In this document: piece by piece, positions 9,984-18,483 of the stretch | Numbering within the stretch: position 1 is the stretch's first letter | Layout: every line of letters begins with the position of its first letter | Assembly (NCBI GenBank): GCA_963716725.1 | Contig: CAVQUB010000015.1 | Span: 256,001 to 320,000 of the forward strand | Length of the DNA: 64,000 bases | Source: an uncultured delta proteobacterium | GTDB lineage: Bacteria; Myxococcota_A; Polyangia; Polyangiales; Polyangiaceae | Direction of reading: 5' to 3' | Notes under the pieces: model-generated | The model's input: the letters and a program-made list of their open reading frames with translations, nothing else | What the model was told of the DNA's origin: nothing | Database searches by the model: none | Program-made: the position numbers and the translations under genes

Positions 9984-10990
9984 AGCTCGCCATCACCGGC
10001 GTCGCCGGCTACATCGGGCGGCTCTTCGCCGAGCGCGTGGTCCAGGAGCGAGTCGCCGAGCGCGTGGTCGGCATCGACGTCGCTCCGGTGAGCTTCGCCG
10101 AGAGCCAGCTCCACTACGTGCAGCGCGACGTGCGCGATCCGCTGCTCGCGCGCGACCTCGCCGGCTCGGACGCGGTCGTGCACTTCGCGTTCATCGTCGA
10201 GACCCTGCGCGATCGCCGGCTGATGTACGACGTGAACGTGCACGGCACGCGCAACGTGTTGTCGGCTTGCGAGCAGAATGGCGTGAAGACCCTGATCGTC
10301 GCCAGCAGCATCGCCGCCTACGGCGTGCAGCAGGACCACGTCATCACCGAGGCCACGCCCTGCCTGGGTGACGCTCGGAGCTTCTACGGGCACACCAAGC
10401 GCCTGGTCGAAGACGAGCTCGACGTGTTCGCGGCCCGAAACCCCCAGGTGCGGCTGGTGCGGGTGCGCCCCAGCGTGGTCCTCGGTCCGCGCTGCAACAC
10501 CTGGGCTCTCGCCGCCATGGCGGAGCTCGGTCGCTTCGACACGCGGCGCGGCATGCGCCTGCCGGTGATCCACGAGGAAGACGTGGTCGAGGTCTTCATC
10601 CGCGCGCTGACGCGACCGGTGAGCGGCCCGCTGCTGGTGGCGCATCGCGAGTCGCTCACCATGCGCGAGGTGGCGCCGCTGCTCGGACGAAAGCCGATGG
10701 TGCTGCCGGCGAGCTGGCTGCTCCGGCTCGGCGACGCGGCCTTCGCTCGGGGGCTCACCCGCATCTCGAGTGACTGGCTCTCGCTCACGGTGGAGAACAC
10801 TCACCGCTACGATCCGAGCGTCACCGAAGCAAAGCTCGACTGGAAACCCCGACACAGCCAGCTCGACGCGCTGCGCGCCACGCTGGCGACCAGCGCGCGG
10901 CTCAGCGCTGCGGGCGTGCGTTTCGACTCCAAGACCGATCGACTGGAGGGCACTCGATACGCCCTCGAAAGCCCGGAAGGACAGCCATGA
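9980..10990 (+). CDS. Extended SDR, NAD-dependent epimerase/dehydratase (3beta-HSD/OleD-like fold)
   Basis: ITGVAGYIG Rossmann motif, VNVHGTRNV, SSIAAYG, YGHTK (YxxxK). Confidence 0.88.
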   Translation: MKLAITGVAGYIGRLFAERVVQERVAERVVGIDVAPVSFAESQLHYVQRDVRDPLLARDLAGSDAVVHFAFIVETLRDRRLMYDVNVHGTRNVLSACEQNGVKTLIVASSIAAYGVQQDHVITEATPCLGDARSFYGHTKRLVEDELDVFAARNPQVRLVRVRPSVVLGPRCNTWALAAMAELGRFDTRRGMRLPVIHEEDVVEVFIRALTRPVSGPLLVAHRESLTMREVAPLLGRKPMVLPASWLLRLGDAAFARGLTRISSDWLSLTVENTHRYDPSVTEAKLDWKPRHSQLDALRATLATSARLSAAGVRFDSKTDRLEGTRYALESPEGQP

Positions 10991-12510
10991 AGCACTTCGA
11001 TCCCGAGGCATTCACCGCGACCAGCGAGCAGAGTTTCGCGCAGCTGTACCCGGCGCTGGCGGCGATCGGCGCCCACCGCCCGCAGCTCTTGAAGGACTTC
11101 GAGCGCATCTTGCGCGACGCGCGGCGCTTCCGGCGCGAGCAGATTGAACCAAACGCGCTCCGCGTCGAGCGCGCGGTCATGCAAAATCCCGAGTACGTCG
11201 CCGAGGACGTGATCCGCGCCGCCTGCGAGTACGGCTTCTTCAGCACCATGATCCCCCGGGCCTTCGGCGGCGCGGGGCTCTCGTTCGGCGCGATGATCAT
11301 CGCCATGGAGGAGCTCGGGGCGGGCTGCCTCGGGATCTCGAACCTGATCGGCGTGCACGGGCTCGCGCTGGCGACCGTGTCGGCGACCGGGGATCTCGGC
11401 GCCATGGAGAAGCTGTCGCGCCTGCTCACGAACGGCGAGCGCGTGGGGCGACCCCACCTGCTCAGCACCGGCATCACCGAGCCGAGCGCCGGCACCGACG
11501 TCGAGGACGTGGACTTCTTGCGCACCGCGCGCCTGGTCTCGGAAGCAACCCCGGTGCGCGGCGGCTACCGCGTCAACGGGCGCAAGGTGTTCATCTCCAA
11601 CGGCAGCATCGCGCAGACGCACGTGGTGATCTTGCCGACGGATCGCAAGCGTCCCGTCGAGACGACCTTCGCGTTCATGATCGACTCGACCACGCCCGGG
11701 TTCCGGGTCGGCCGGGTCGAGCGCAAGATGGGCCAGAAGGCCTGCCCCGCCGTGGAGCTGGTCTTCGAGGACTGCTTCATCCCGGAAGCCGCCCGCATTC
11801 ACGGCAAGCCGCTGCCCGGGCAATCCATCGAGCTGGTGCTCGGCGCGACCCGGGGCGGCGTGGGCGCTTGGGGCACCGCCGCGGCGCGCGGCGCCTTCGA
11901 ACGCGCGCTCGCGCACGCCAAGACCCGACGCCTCGGCGGGCGCTTCCTCATCGACCACCAGTGGGTGCAGATCAAACTGGCGGACATGCAGCGGAACGTG
12001 ATGCTCGCGCGGGCGAGCTACGTCGACGCCATGCTCTCGAACGAGCTCTTTGGGCTGTCGCTGTTGGCCTCGAAGAAGGGCATGAACGATCTCCAGCGCC
12101 TGATGCCCCGGAGCGTGCTCGACAGCTCGCCCGTGAAGAAAGTCATGACCTCCCGGCGCGCGCGCGAGGGGTTTCAGTCCGCCATCGACGAGCTCGAAGA
12201 CTGGGAAGTGGACACGGCGAGCGCGCACGGCGCGGCGACCAAGGTCTCGTGCACGGATCTCGGGATGCAGAACTGTCACCTGGCTCTCGACGTCTTCGGC
12301 GCCGCCGGGCTCCGACACGAAGCGGGCATCGAGAAGATCTACCGCGACGCGAAGCTGCTTCAGATCTACGAAGGCACCAACCAGCTCAACCGCATCGAGC
12401 TCTACAAACGCGGGGTGAACCGCGGAGCGACGGGCATCGATCTGGAGCCGCCGCCACCGAGACCGGAGCCCGAAGTCGCGCGCGACGACGTGATGGAGGC
12501 GCGATCATGA
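10987..12510 (+). CDS. Acyl-CoA dehydrogenase
   Basis: ITEPSAGTD, NGRKVFISNG, KMGQK, RDAKLLQIYEGTNQ (catalytic Glu present). Confidence 0.92.
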   Translation: MKHFDPEAFTATSEQSFAQLYPALAAIGAHRPQLLKDFERILRDARRFRREQIEPNALRVERAVMQNPEYVAEDVIRAACEYGFFSTMIPRAFGGAGLSFGAMIIAMEELGAGCLGISNLIGVHGLALATVSATGDLGAMEKLSRLLTNGERVGRPHLLSTGITEPSAGTDVEDVDFLRTARLVSEATPVRGGYRVNGRKVFISNGSIAQTHVVILPTDRKRPVETTFAFMIDSTTPGFRVGRVERKMGQKACPAVELVFEDCFIPEAARIHGKPLPGQSIELVLGATRGGVGAWGTAAARGAFERALAHAKTRRLGGRFLIDHQWVQIKLADMQRNVMLARASYVDAMLSNELFGLSLLASKKGMNDLQRLMPRSVLDSSPVKKVMTSRRAREGFQSAIDELEDWEVDTASAHGAATKVSCTDLGMQNCHLALDVFGAAGLRHEAGIEKIYRDAKLLQIYEGTNQLNRIELYKRGVNRGATGIDLEPPPPRPEPEVARDDVMEARS

Positions 12511-13562
12511 GCGACATCGATCTGATCCGTGACAGCGTTCGCCGCTTTGCCCGGGAGGTCGTCGGCCCGGCGCTCGGCGATCTGAACCACTTCCCCGACC
12601 GGCCGCTGCCGGCGGCCATCGTGCCGGGGCTCGTCGAGCTGGGGCTGCTCGACGACGAGGTCGATCCCACGCTGCTCTCGGCGGCGCTCTCGGAGCTCGC
12701 CGAGTTTGCAGCGGCGCCGGCGACCTTGGTGCTCGCCCACGCCTTCGCTCGGCAGTTGGTGCGCGAGGCGGGGGGCGATCGCGCCAAGGCGCTGCTCGCG
12801 GTCAACGGCGGCGGGCTCTTCGCAGCTCCGCTCTACGCCGAGCCCGACCTCGCCGACGACGCGCCGGCGTTCCGACGCGTCGGTGATCAAATCGAGCTCG
12901 ACGGCGTCGCGAGCTTGGTGGTGAACGCGCCGCTGGCTCGGGTCTTGGTGCTGCCCGTGCGTGACCGCCGCGACGGCTCCGGTTGGGTCGCCGTCGAGTC
13001 GAACGAGCCCGGCGTCGTCGTCGGCGAGCCGCTGCTCACGCTCGGCATGCGCGGCTGCCCGACGGCCGACGTGAGCTTCGCCAGGGCACGCTTCCCAGCC
13101 GATCGACTGATCTGCACTTCGGCGGACGCCGCCTCGCGGGCGGCGCGCCGGCTGCGCGGCCCCGGCGTCGCGATCTCGGCCGGCATCCTGACCAGCTCCG
13201 TGCGCACCGCGACCGAGTACGCCCACGAGCGCTACCAGGGCGGCGGCTTGATCATCGAGCACCAAGAGGTGCGCGCCATCCTGGGTCGCATGATCGAGGA
13301 TCAAGCGCTGTGTCAGGAGTCCAGCGCGCTGCTCTGCCAAGAGTCCCTCCCGGACTGGCGATCGCTGGCGCTGTTCCTCCGGGCCAAGGAGCGCGCGGCC
13401 CACGCGGCCTGCGACGGCGTGCAGCTGCTCGGTGGCAACGGTTACATGGAGGACTACGCGCAGGAGCGCGCCATGCGCGACGCCAAGCAGGCGCAGTTCT
13501 TCTTCGGCCGTACCGACGTGGCCCGCCAAGACCTGACGCGCATCCAAGGAGCCGCGCTGTGA
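12507..13562 (+). CDS. Short, divergent acyl-CoA dehydrogenase family protein (possible non-catalytic subunit)
   Basis: TLGMRG, YAHERYQGG, DGVQLLGGNGYMEDY..ERAMRDAK; FFFGRT replaces IYEGT; 351 aa; ATGA overlap. Confidence 0.85.
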   Translation: MSDIDLIRDSVRRFAREVVGPALGDLNHFPDRPLPAAIVPGLVELGLLDDEVDPTLLSAALSELAEFAAAPATLVLAHAFARQLVREAGGDRAKALLAVNGGGLFAAPLYAEPDLADDAPAFRRVGDQIELDGVASLVVNAPLARVLVLPVRDRRDGSGWVAVESNEPGVVVGEPLLTLGMRGCPTADVSFARARFPADRLICTSADAASRAARRLRGPGVAISAGILTSSVRTATEYAHERYQGGGLIIEHQEVRAILGRMIEDQALCQESSALLCQESLPDWRSLALFLRAKERAAHAACDGVQLLGGNGYMEDYAQERAMRDAKQAQFFFGRTDVARQDLTRIQGAAL

Positions 13563-14578
13563 AGCTCGACAATCGACGCTATCCCGAGACGCGCTTCGCG
13601 CGCTTCGTGGTGGACCCAGACAAATGCGATGCGTGTCGGAAGTGCGTGGACACCTGTCCGGGCCAGCTGCTCGAATTGGTGGACGACCTGCCCGTGAATC
13701 GACACGACACTGGCAAGTCGAAGTTGGGCTGCATCGGGTGCAAGAACTGCTTCGCGATCTGCCCCGAAGGCGCCATCGAGATCCGTGGCTACTACCGGGT
13801 CGAGGGCGGTTTCTACGAGACCCAACTCCGCCCGCCGACCCTGCCCAACCCCTTCGGCGAGGCCGAAGCGCCGGCCTTCGACCAGCTCGAGCCGCGTCTC
13901 ACGCCGGTCGAGAAGGTGATCTACACCCGGCGATCCAACCGGCTCTACAAGAAGAAGAAGGTTCCGGAAGAGCTCTTGCGCCGGGTGGTCGAGGCCGGGC
14001 GCTTCGCCCCGAGTCAGGGCAACAGCCAGCCCTGGAGCTTCGTCGTGATCAGCGACCGCGATCTGATCGATCGCATCGGCACCGAGTGCGGCAAGCGCGT
14101 GGCGCCGGTCTCGAAGCTCTACCTGGAGAACGGCGGCAAGCAGGGTTGGCTCAAGACCCTGGCGGTCAACGCGCTCTCGCGCCTGACGCCCAACAACTTC
14201 GATCAGCGCCTGGCGCACGGCATCGACACCGTCGTCTCGAATGAGAAATGGGACATGTTCTTGCACGCGCCGGCGCTGATCATCGTGCTCGGCGACAAGC
14301 GCAGCATCGGCGAGCCGCTGATCGACGCCACGCTCGCGGCCCACAACATCGTGCTCGCGGCCCACTCCCTGGGCCTCGGCACCTGCTACGTCGGCTTCGT
14401 GAAGATGCTCAACACGCTGCCCGATCTGAAGCGTGAGCTGGGCATCGAGTGGCCCTACAAGGTGATGACCTCCATCGCCATCGGCTACCCGCGCTCGCGC
14501 ACGGACAAGGCGGTGGCGCGCGAGCGCCCCAAGGTGACGTGGTTCCCGGCCGATCGCTCGGGGCCCCGGAAGGAGTGA
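13559..14578 (+). CDS. Nitroreductase family flavoprotein with N-terminal 2x[4Fe-4S] ferredoxin
   Basis: CDACRKCVDTCP and CIGCKNCFAICP; RRSNRLY, APSQGNSQPWSF, LAAHSLGLGTC, IAIGYP. Confidence 0.9.
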   Translation: MKLDNRRYPETRFARFVVDPDKCDACRKCVDTCPGQLLELVDDLPVNRHDTGKSKLGCIGCKNCFAICPEGAIEIRGYYRVEGGFYETQLRPPTLPNPFGEAEAPAFDQLEPRLTPVEKVIYTRRSNRLYKKKKVPEELLRRVVEAGRFAPSQGNSQPWSFVVISDRDLIDRIGTECGKRVAPVSKLYLENGGKQGWLKTLAVNALSRLTPNNFDQRLAHGIDTVVSNEKWDMFLHAPALIIVLGDKRSIGEPLIDATLAAHNIVLAAHSLGLGTCYVGFVKMLNTLPDLKRELGIEWPYKVMTSIAIGYPRSRTDKAVARERPKVTWFPADRSGPRKE

Positions 14579-15537
14579 TGTCGATGACCCACCCGGATTT
14601 TCCCTTCGAGTCTCGCTTCGTCTCGGTCGACGGCCAACGGCTGCACTACGTCGACGAAGGTCGCGGCGAGCCGATCTTGATGCTGCACGGCAACCCGACC
14701 TGGTCCTACCTCTACCGGCACTTCATCCGGGATTTGCGCGGAGATTTCCGCTGCCTCGCCCTCGATCATCTGGGCTACGGCTACTCGGAGAAGCCGCCCC
14801 ACGGGGACTACTCGATGCGGGCCCACATCATGCGGCTTCAGGGCGTGGTCTCGAAGCTGGGCCTGAAAGATCTCACGCTGGTCGTGCAGGACTGGGGCGG
14901 CATCATCGGCCTGGGCTGGGCCGCGCGCAACAAACACCTGGTCAAGCGCCTGGTGATCATGAACACCACCGGCTTCCCGCTGCCGTCTCGCAGGACGCTG
15001 CTCGAGATGAAGCCCAAGCCCTGGGGCCTGCTCATGCTCTACCCGCTCAAGCTGCCCGGTCTCGGTGAGGCCTTCGTGCAAGGCGCCAACGGGTTTGTGA
15101 AGGGGCTCTTGCCAGCGGGCATCCACCACCGCGAGCGGCTCGACTCGGCCGCGATGCGCGGCTACCTCGATCCGTACCCGACCTGGGGAAGCCGTCGCGC
15201 GCACCTGGCGAGCGTGCGTCAGATCCCGCTCTCGCCGCGTCATCCGACCTGGCGCCTCTTGCAGGAGATCGGCGCCGAGCTCGACGGCTGGACCGTGCCC
15301 ACACAGCTGGTCTGGGGCATGCGCGATCCGGTCTTCGTGCCCTGGTTCCTCGAGGAGTTCGAGCGGCGGCTGCCGAACCACGAGCCGAGCGTGAAGATCG
15401 ACGACGCCAGCCACTTCCTGCAAGACGACCGGCCCGACCTCGTCGTGCCGGTGATCCGGGACTTCATGCACAAAACCACCGCCAAAGCCCAGCCCACGAC
15501 CTCCGCCCAGGCCGCCACCTCGAGGATGAACCCATGA
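14578..15537 (+). CDS. Alpha/beta hydrolase, haloalkane dehalogenase/OleB-like (Asp nucleophile)
   Basis: LHYVDEG, LHGNPTWSYLYR, QDWGG, WGMRDPVF, ASHFLQDD. Confidence 0.85.
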   Translation: MSMTHPDFPFESRFVSVDGQRLHYVDEGRGEPILMLHGNPTWSYLYRHFIRDLRGDFRCLALDHLGYGYSEKPPHGDYSMRAHIMRLQGVVSKLGLKDLTLVVQDWGGIIGLGWAARNKHLVKRLVIMNTTGFPLPSRRTLLEMKPKPWGLLMLYPLKLPGLGEAFVQGANGFVKGLLPAGIHHRERLDSAAMRGYLDPYPTWGSRRAHLASVRQIPLSPRHPTWRLLQEIGAELDGWTVPTQLVWGMRDPVFVPWFLEEFERRLPNHEPSVKIDDASHFLQDDRPDLVVPVIRDFMHKTTAKAQPTTSAQAATSRMNP

Positions 15538-17387
15538 AGAAGGTGCTGCTCACGAACCCTTGCGCGCCCTACGATCTCGGCTGGGGCGAGGACATGATGG
15601 ACTTGCTCGCGTCACGGCTGGCGCGCGGCCACGACATCGCGAACCTGAAGAGCCACCTGCCGGCCTGGGGTCTGTACCTGATCGCCGAGAACATCAAGAA
15701 CCCGGCGACGGTGCTGGAGCACCCGCGCTGGGAAGACTTCTTGAAAGAGCTCGAAAACGGCTACGACGTCATCGGCATCCAGCTCAAGACCATCAACCTC
15801 GAGCGCACCGTGCGCATGGTCGAGGCCATTCAAAAGTACTCGCCGAAATCCGAGATCGTGATCGGCGGCTACGGCGTCTCGGCCCTCGACGCCAAGCTGC
15901 CCGGGGACGTCAACGACTACGCCGGATGGCTCAAGAAGGCGGCGCACCATCTGTGCCGCGAGGAAGGCGTCAAGTTCATGCGGCGCGTGCTGGGCGACGC
16001 GCCCTTCGACCGCCCCATCACCCAGTTCCACATGCCTTATGCGCGCTTTCACCTGCCGGGCATGCGCGCCTTCGATCTGAACATTCCCGCCATCTTGGTC
16101 TCCCTCGGTTGCCCCAACGCCTGCGATTTTTGCAACACCAGCGCGTTCTTCAAGCACAAGAAGATCTACGTGGCCGAGCCCCAAGAGGTCGTGCGCTTCA
16201 TGCGGCACCACAAGCAGAAGCTCGGCGTGGACTCGCTGAACGTGATCCTCTTCGACGAGGACATCTTCCTGAACACCGAGTACGTGCGCGAGCTCGGGCG
16301 CCTGCTCCGGGCCGACCGCGAGCTGTGGGGGATCCGTTGGATCAGCTTCGGCTCGGCCAAGGCCCTGGCGCCCTTCTCCGGCGAAGAGCTGCGCGAGTGC
16401 GGCGTGGGCGGCATTTGGGTCGGCGTCGAGTCGGGCCTGGTCGACGGCGACTGCGGCAAAGAGGGTTTTGCCAAGCGCGACGGCGGCAAGGCGCCGCCCG
16501 AGCTGTTCGATGATCTGCACCGCCACGGCATCGAGACCATTGGATCGATGATCCTGGGCTTCGACTTCCACACGCCGGAGAACATCGAGAAGGACATCGA
16601 CTACTTCGTCGCGCTCAAACCCATGTTCTATCAGGTCGGGCCGCTGACGCCCTGCCCGGGCACCAAGCTCTACGAAGAGTTCACCCGCGACGGCCGGCTC
16701 GAGTCGAACTACAGCTTCCAGCATTTCCATCTCTGGAAGGACGACGGCATCGCCTACAAACACTTCGGCTCGGGCGGCATCAAGCACTGGTTCGACGTGG
16801 CCCACGAGAAGCTGCGCACCATCAACGGCCCGCCGACCTTGCAGTTCGCCGAAATGGGCCTGCGCGCCTACGAGACGCTCCGCAATCACCCGAGCGAGTA
16901 CCTGCGTCACCAGGCAGAGCAGTCGCGCCAGCTCGCGGCGGGCGCCATGCCGCTGGTGCGCGCCATCGGCAAGAACCCGCCGTCTCCCCGGGTGCTGGAG
17001 CGCGTCCGGGAGATCGAAGCCCTGGCCCATCGACTGATGGAGCCAGCGCCCATCGCGCTGCGCGTGGTGGGCAAGGTCGTCGAACTCGTCGCCACGCGAC
17101 AGGCCCAGAACAACGATCGCCTGGAGCGACCGCCGGTGGTCTCCGATCCCGGCGCGCGCTGGAGCTTCTACAACCAGGGCTCGGGCGCTCCCAAGCGACG
17201 CGGCGCCTTCGGCCGCGCTGACAAAGACACCCGGAGCGCGGGCGGCACGAAGACGTCGTGGCCCTTCGCGCGACGGCGCGTCGAGCCCCCGGCCGATCCC
17301 GGGCGCGTGCGCGTCGAGCACGACGACGACGAACACCAGGTCGAGGACCAGAGCGCCAAGAAGAAGCGCCTCGCGGTGGTGGGGTAG
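15534..17387 (+). CDS. Radical SAM protein with N-terminal B12-binding-like domain
   Basis: CPNACDFC; GLYLIAEN..DVIGI..IVIGGYG N-terminal domain; GVESG, LTPCPGTKLY. Confidence 0.85.
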   Translation: MKKVLLTNPCAPYDLGWGEDMMDLLASRLARGHDIANLKSHLPAWGLYLIAENIKNPATVLEHPRWEDFLKELENGYDVIGIQLKTINLERTVRMVEAIQKYSPKSEIVIGGYGVSALDAKLPGDVNDYAGWLKKAAHHLCREEGVKFMRRVLGDAPFDRPITQFHMPYARFHLPGMRAFDLNIPAILVSLGCPNACDFCNTSAFFKHKKIYVAEPQEVVRFMRHHKQKLGVDSLNVILFDEDIFLNTEYVRELGRLLRADRELWGIRWISFGSAKALAPFSGEELRECGVGGIWVGVESGLVDGDCGKEGFAKRDGGKAPPELFDDLHRHGIETIGSMILGFDFHTPENIEKDIDYFVALKPMFYQVGPLTPCPGTKLYEEFTRDGRLESNYSFQHFHLWKDDGIAYKHFGSGGIKHWFDVAHEKLRTINGPPTLQFAEMGLRAYETLRNHPSEYLRHQAEQSRQLAAGAMPLVRAIGKNPPSPRVLERVREIEALAHRLMEPAPIALRVVGKVVELVATRQAQNNDRLERPPVVSDPGARWSFYNQGSGAPKRRGAFGRADKDTRSAGGTKTSWPFARRRVEPPADPGRVRVEHDDDEHQVEDQSAKKKRLAVVG

Positions 17388-17430
17388 GGGCATGACGGGC
17401 GTGACCGCGGCGTCGTGCTAGGAACTGGCC

Positions 17431-18060
17431 ATGACGCTTGCTGTGAGGGCGTTCGCGTTCGTCTCCGCGCTCGTGGTCGTCGCGGCCAGTCGGCCCGCCG
17501 GGGCCTGCTCCTGGGCAGGGCTGCCGCCCTTCGAGCTCGATCCGAAAGAAGAGGCCGTCGACGTCACGCCTCCGTCGGCCATCGGATCGACGACCACCAG
17601 CGTCGAGCGGGGCCGAGGCCCACAGAAGGACGGCTGCGGCACGCGCGGCTCGAGCTGCGACGACATCGGCGTGATCACGCTGCACTTGGGCGAGGCCGCC
17701 GACGACCGAACCCCGGACGCGAGCCTGGGCTATCGCGTCGAGGTCGTGTCGGGCAAGGCGCCCTCCGATCCGAGCTGGCCGACAGCGGCCGTTCGCGCGC
17801 ACGAAGGTCGAGTGCTCTACTTCCACTGGAACGACGGCGGCGACGACGACCAAGAGCCCATCGACCTCACCTTCAGGATCCGCGCCGTGGACCTGGCCGG
17901 CAACGAGGGGCCGCCTCTGGACGTGCGCATTCGCGACGCCGGTTCGAGCGAGGATGGCTGTCGGACGGCGCGGGGGGGCGTGGATCTTTCCTGGGCAGTG
18001 GCCCTGGCGCTGCTCGGGGCTTTGAGGCGCTCGCGGCGCCCGTGGTTCGCCGGGGCGTAG
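17431..18060 (+). CDS. Secreted protein with MYXO-CTERM-like C-terminal anchor
   Basis: Signal peptide; IRAVDLAGN beta-strand motif; C-terminal GC..hydrophobic..RRSRR. Confidence 0.65.
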   Translation: MTLAVRAFAFVSALVVVAASRPAGACSWAGLPPFELDPKEEAVDVTPPSAIGSTTTSVERGRGPQKDGCGTRGSSCDDIGVITLHLGEAADDRTPDASLGYRVEVVSGKAPSDPSWPTAAVRAHEGRVLYFHWNDGGDDDQEPIDLTFRIRAVDLAGNEGPPLDVRIRDAGSSEDGCRTARGGVDLSWAVALALLGALRRSRRPWFAGA

Positions 18061-18061
18061 C

Positions 18062-18391
18062 TCACTCCAGCGTTGGCGCCCTGCAGCCCTCGCGCTCGGC
18101 GGCGTCGTCGAGGCTGCAGCCGGAGACCGCGTCGGACTCGCAGACGTAGGTCAGGCTCTCGCCGCAGCCCGCGGCGGTGAACTGGGTGTCGGAGGTCGTG
18201 GTCACGGTGATGGGCCCGGCGCACTCGAGCTCGCGGGCGGCGCGGCGGGCCACCACGTCGCGCGCGGGGAAGTAGTCCGCGGACTCCCCGGCGCAGCCCT
18301 TGCCCGTGGCCGAAACGGGAAACACGGTCATGCAACCGGTCGCGAGCGCGGCGAGCGCGAGGCTGGACCAGACCGGCGCTCGACGGGTCAC
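18062..18391 (-). CDS. Small Cys-containing lipoprotein
   Basis: Lipobox LATG-C; AARELEC..AAGCG..YVC. Confidence 0.6.
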   Translation of the reverse strand: MTRRAPVWSSLALAALATGCMTVFPVSATGKGCAGESADYFPARDVVARRAARELECAGPITVTTTSDTQFTAAGCGESLTYVCESDAVSGCSLDDAAEREGCRAPTLE

Positions 18392-18483
18392 GAGAGACCT
18401 ATAGCAGGGTGGCGCAGGGATAGCGCTTCTCAGGTCGTGGCGCGCCTATTGTCGCGCCGACCGAAGCTCTTTAGGCTCTCCCC

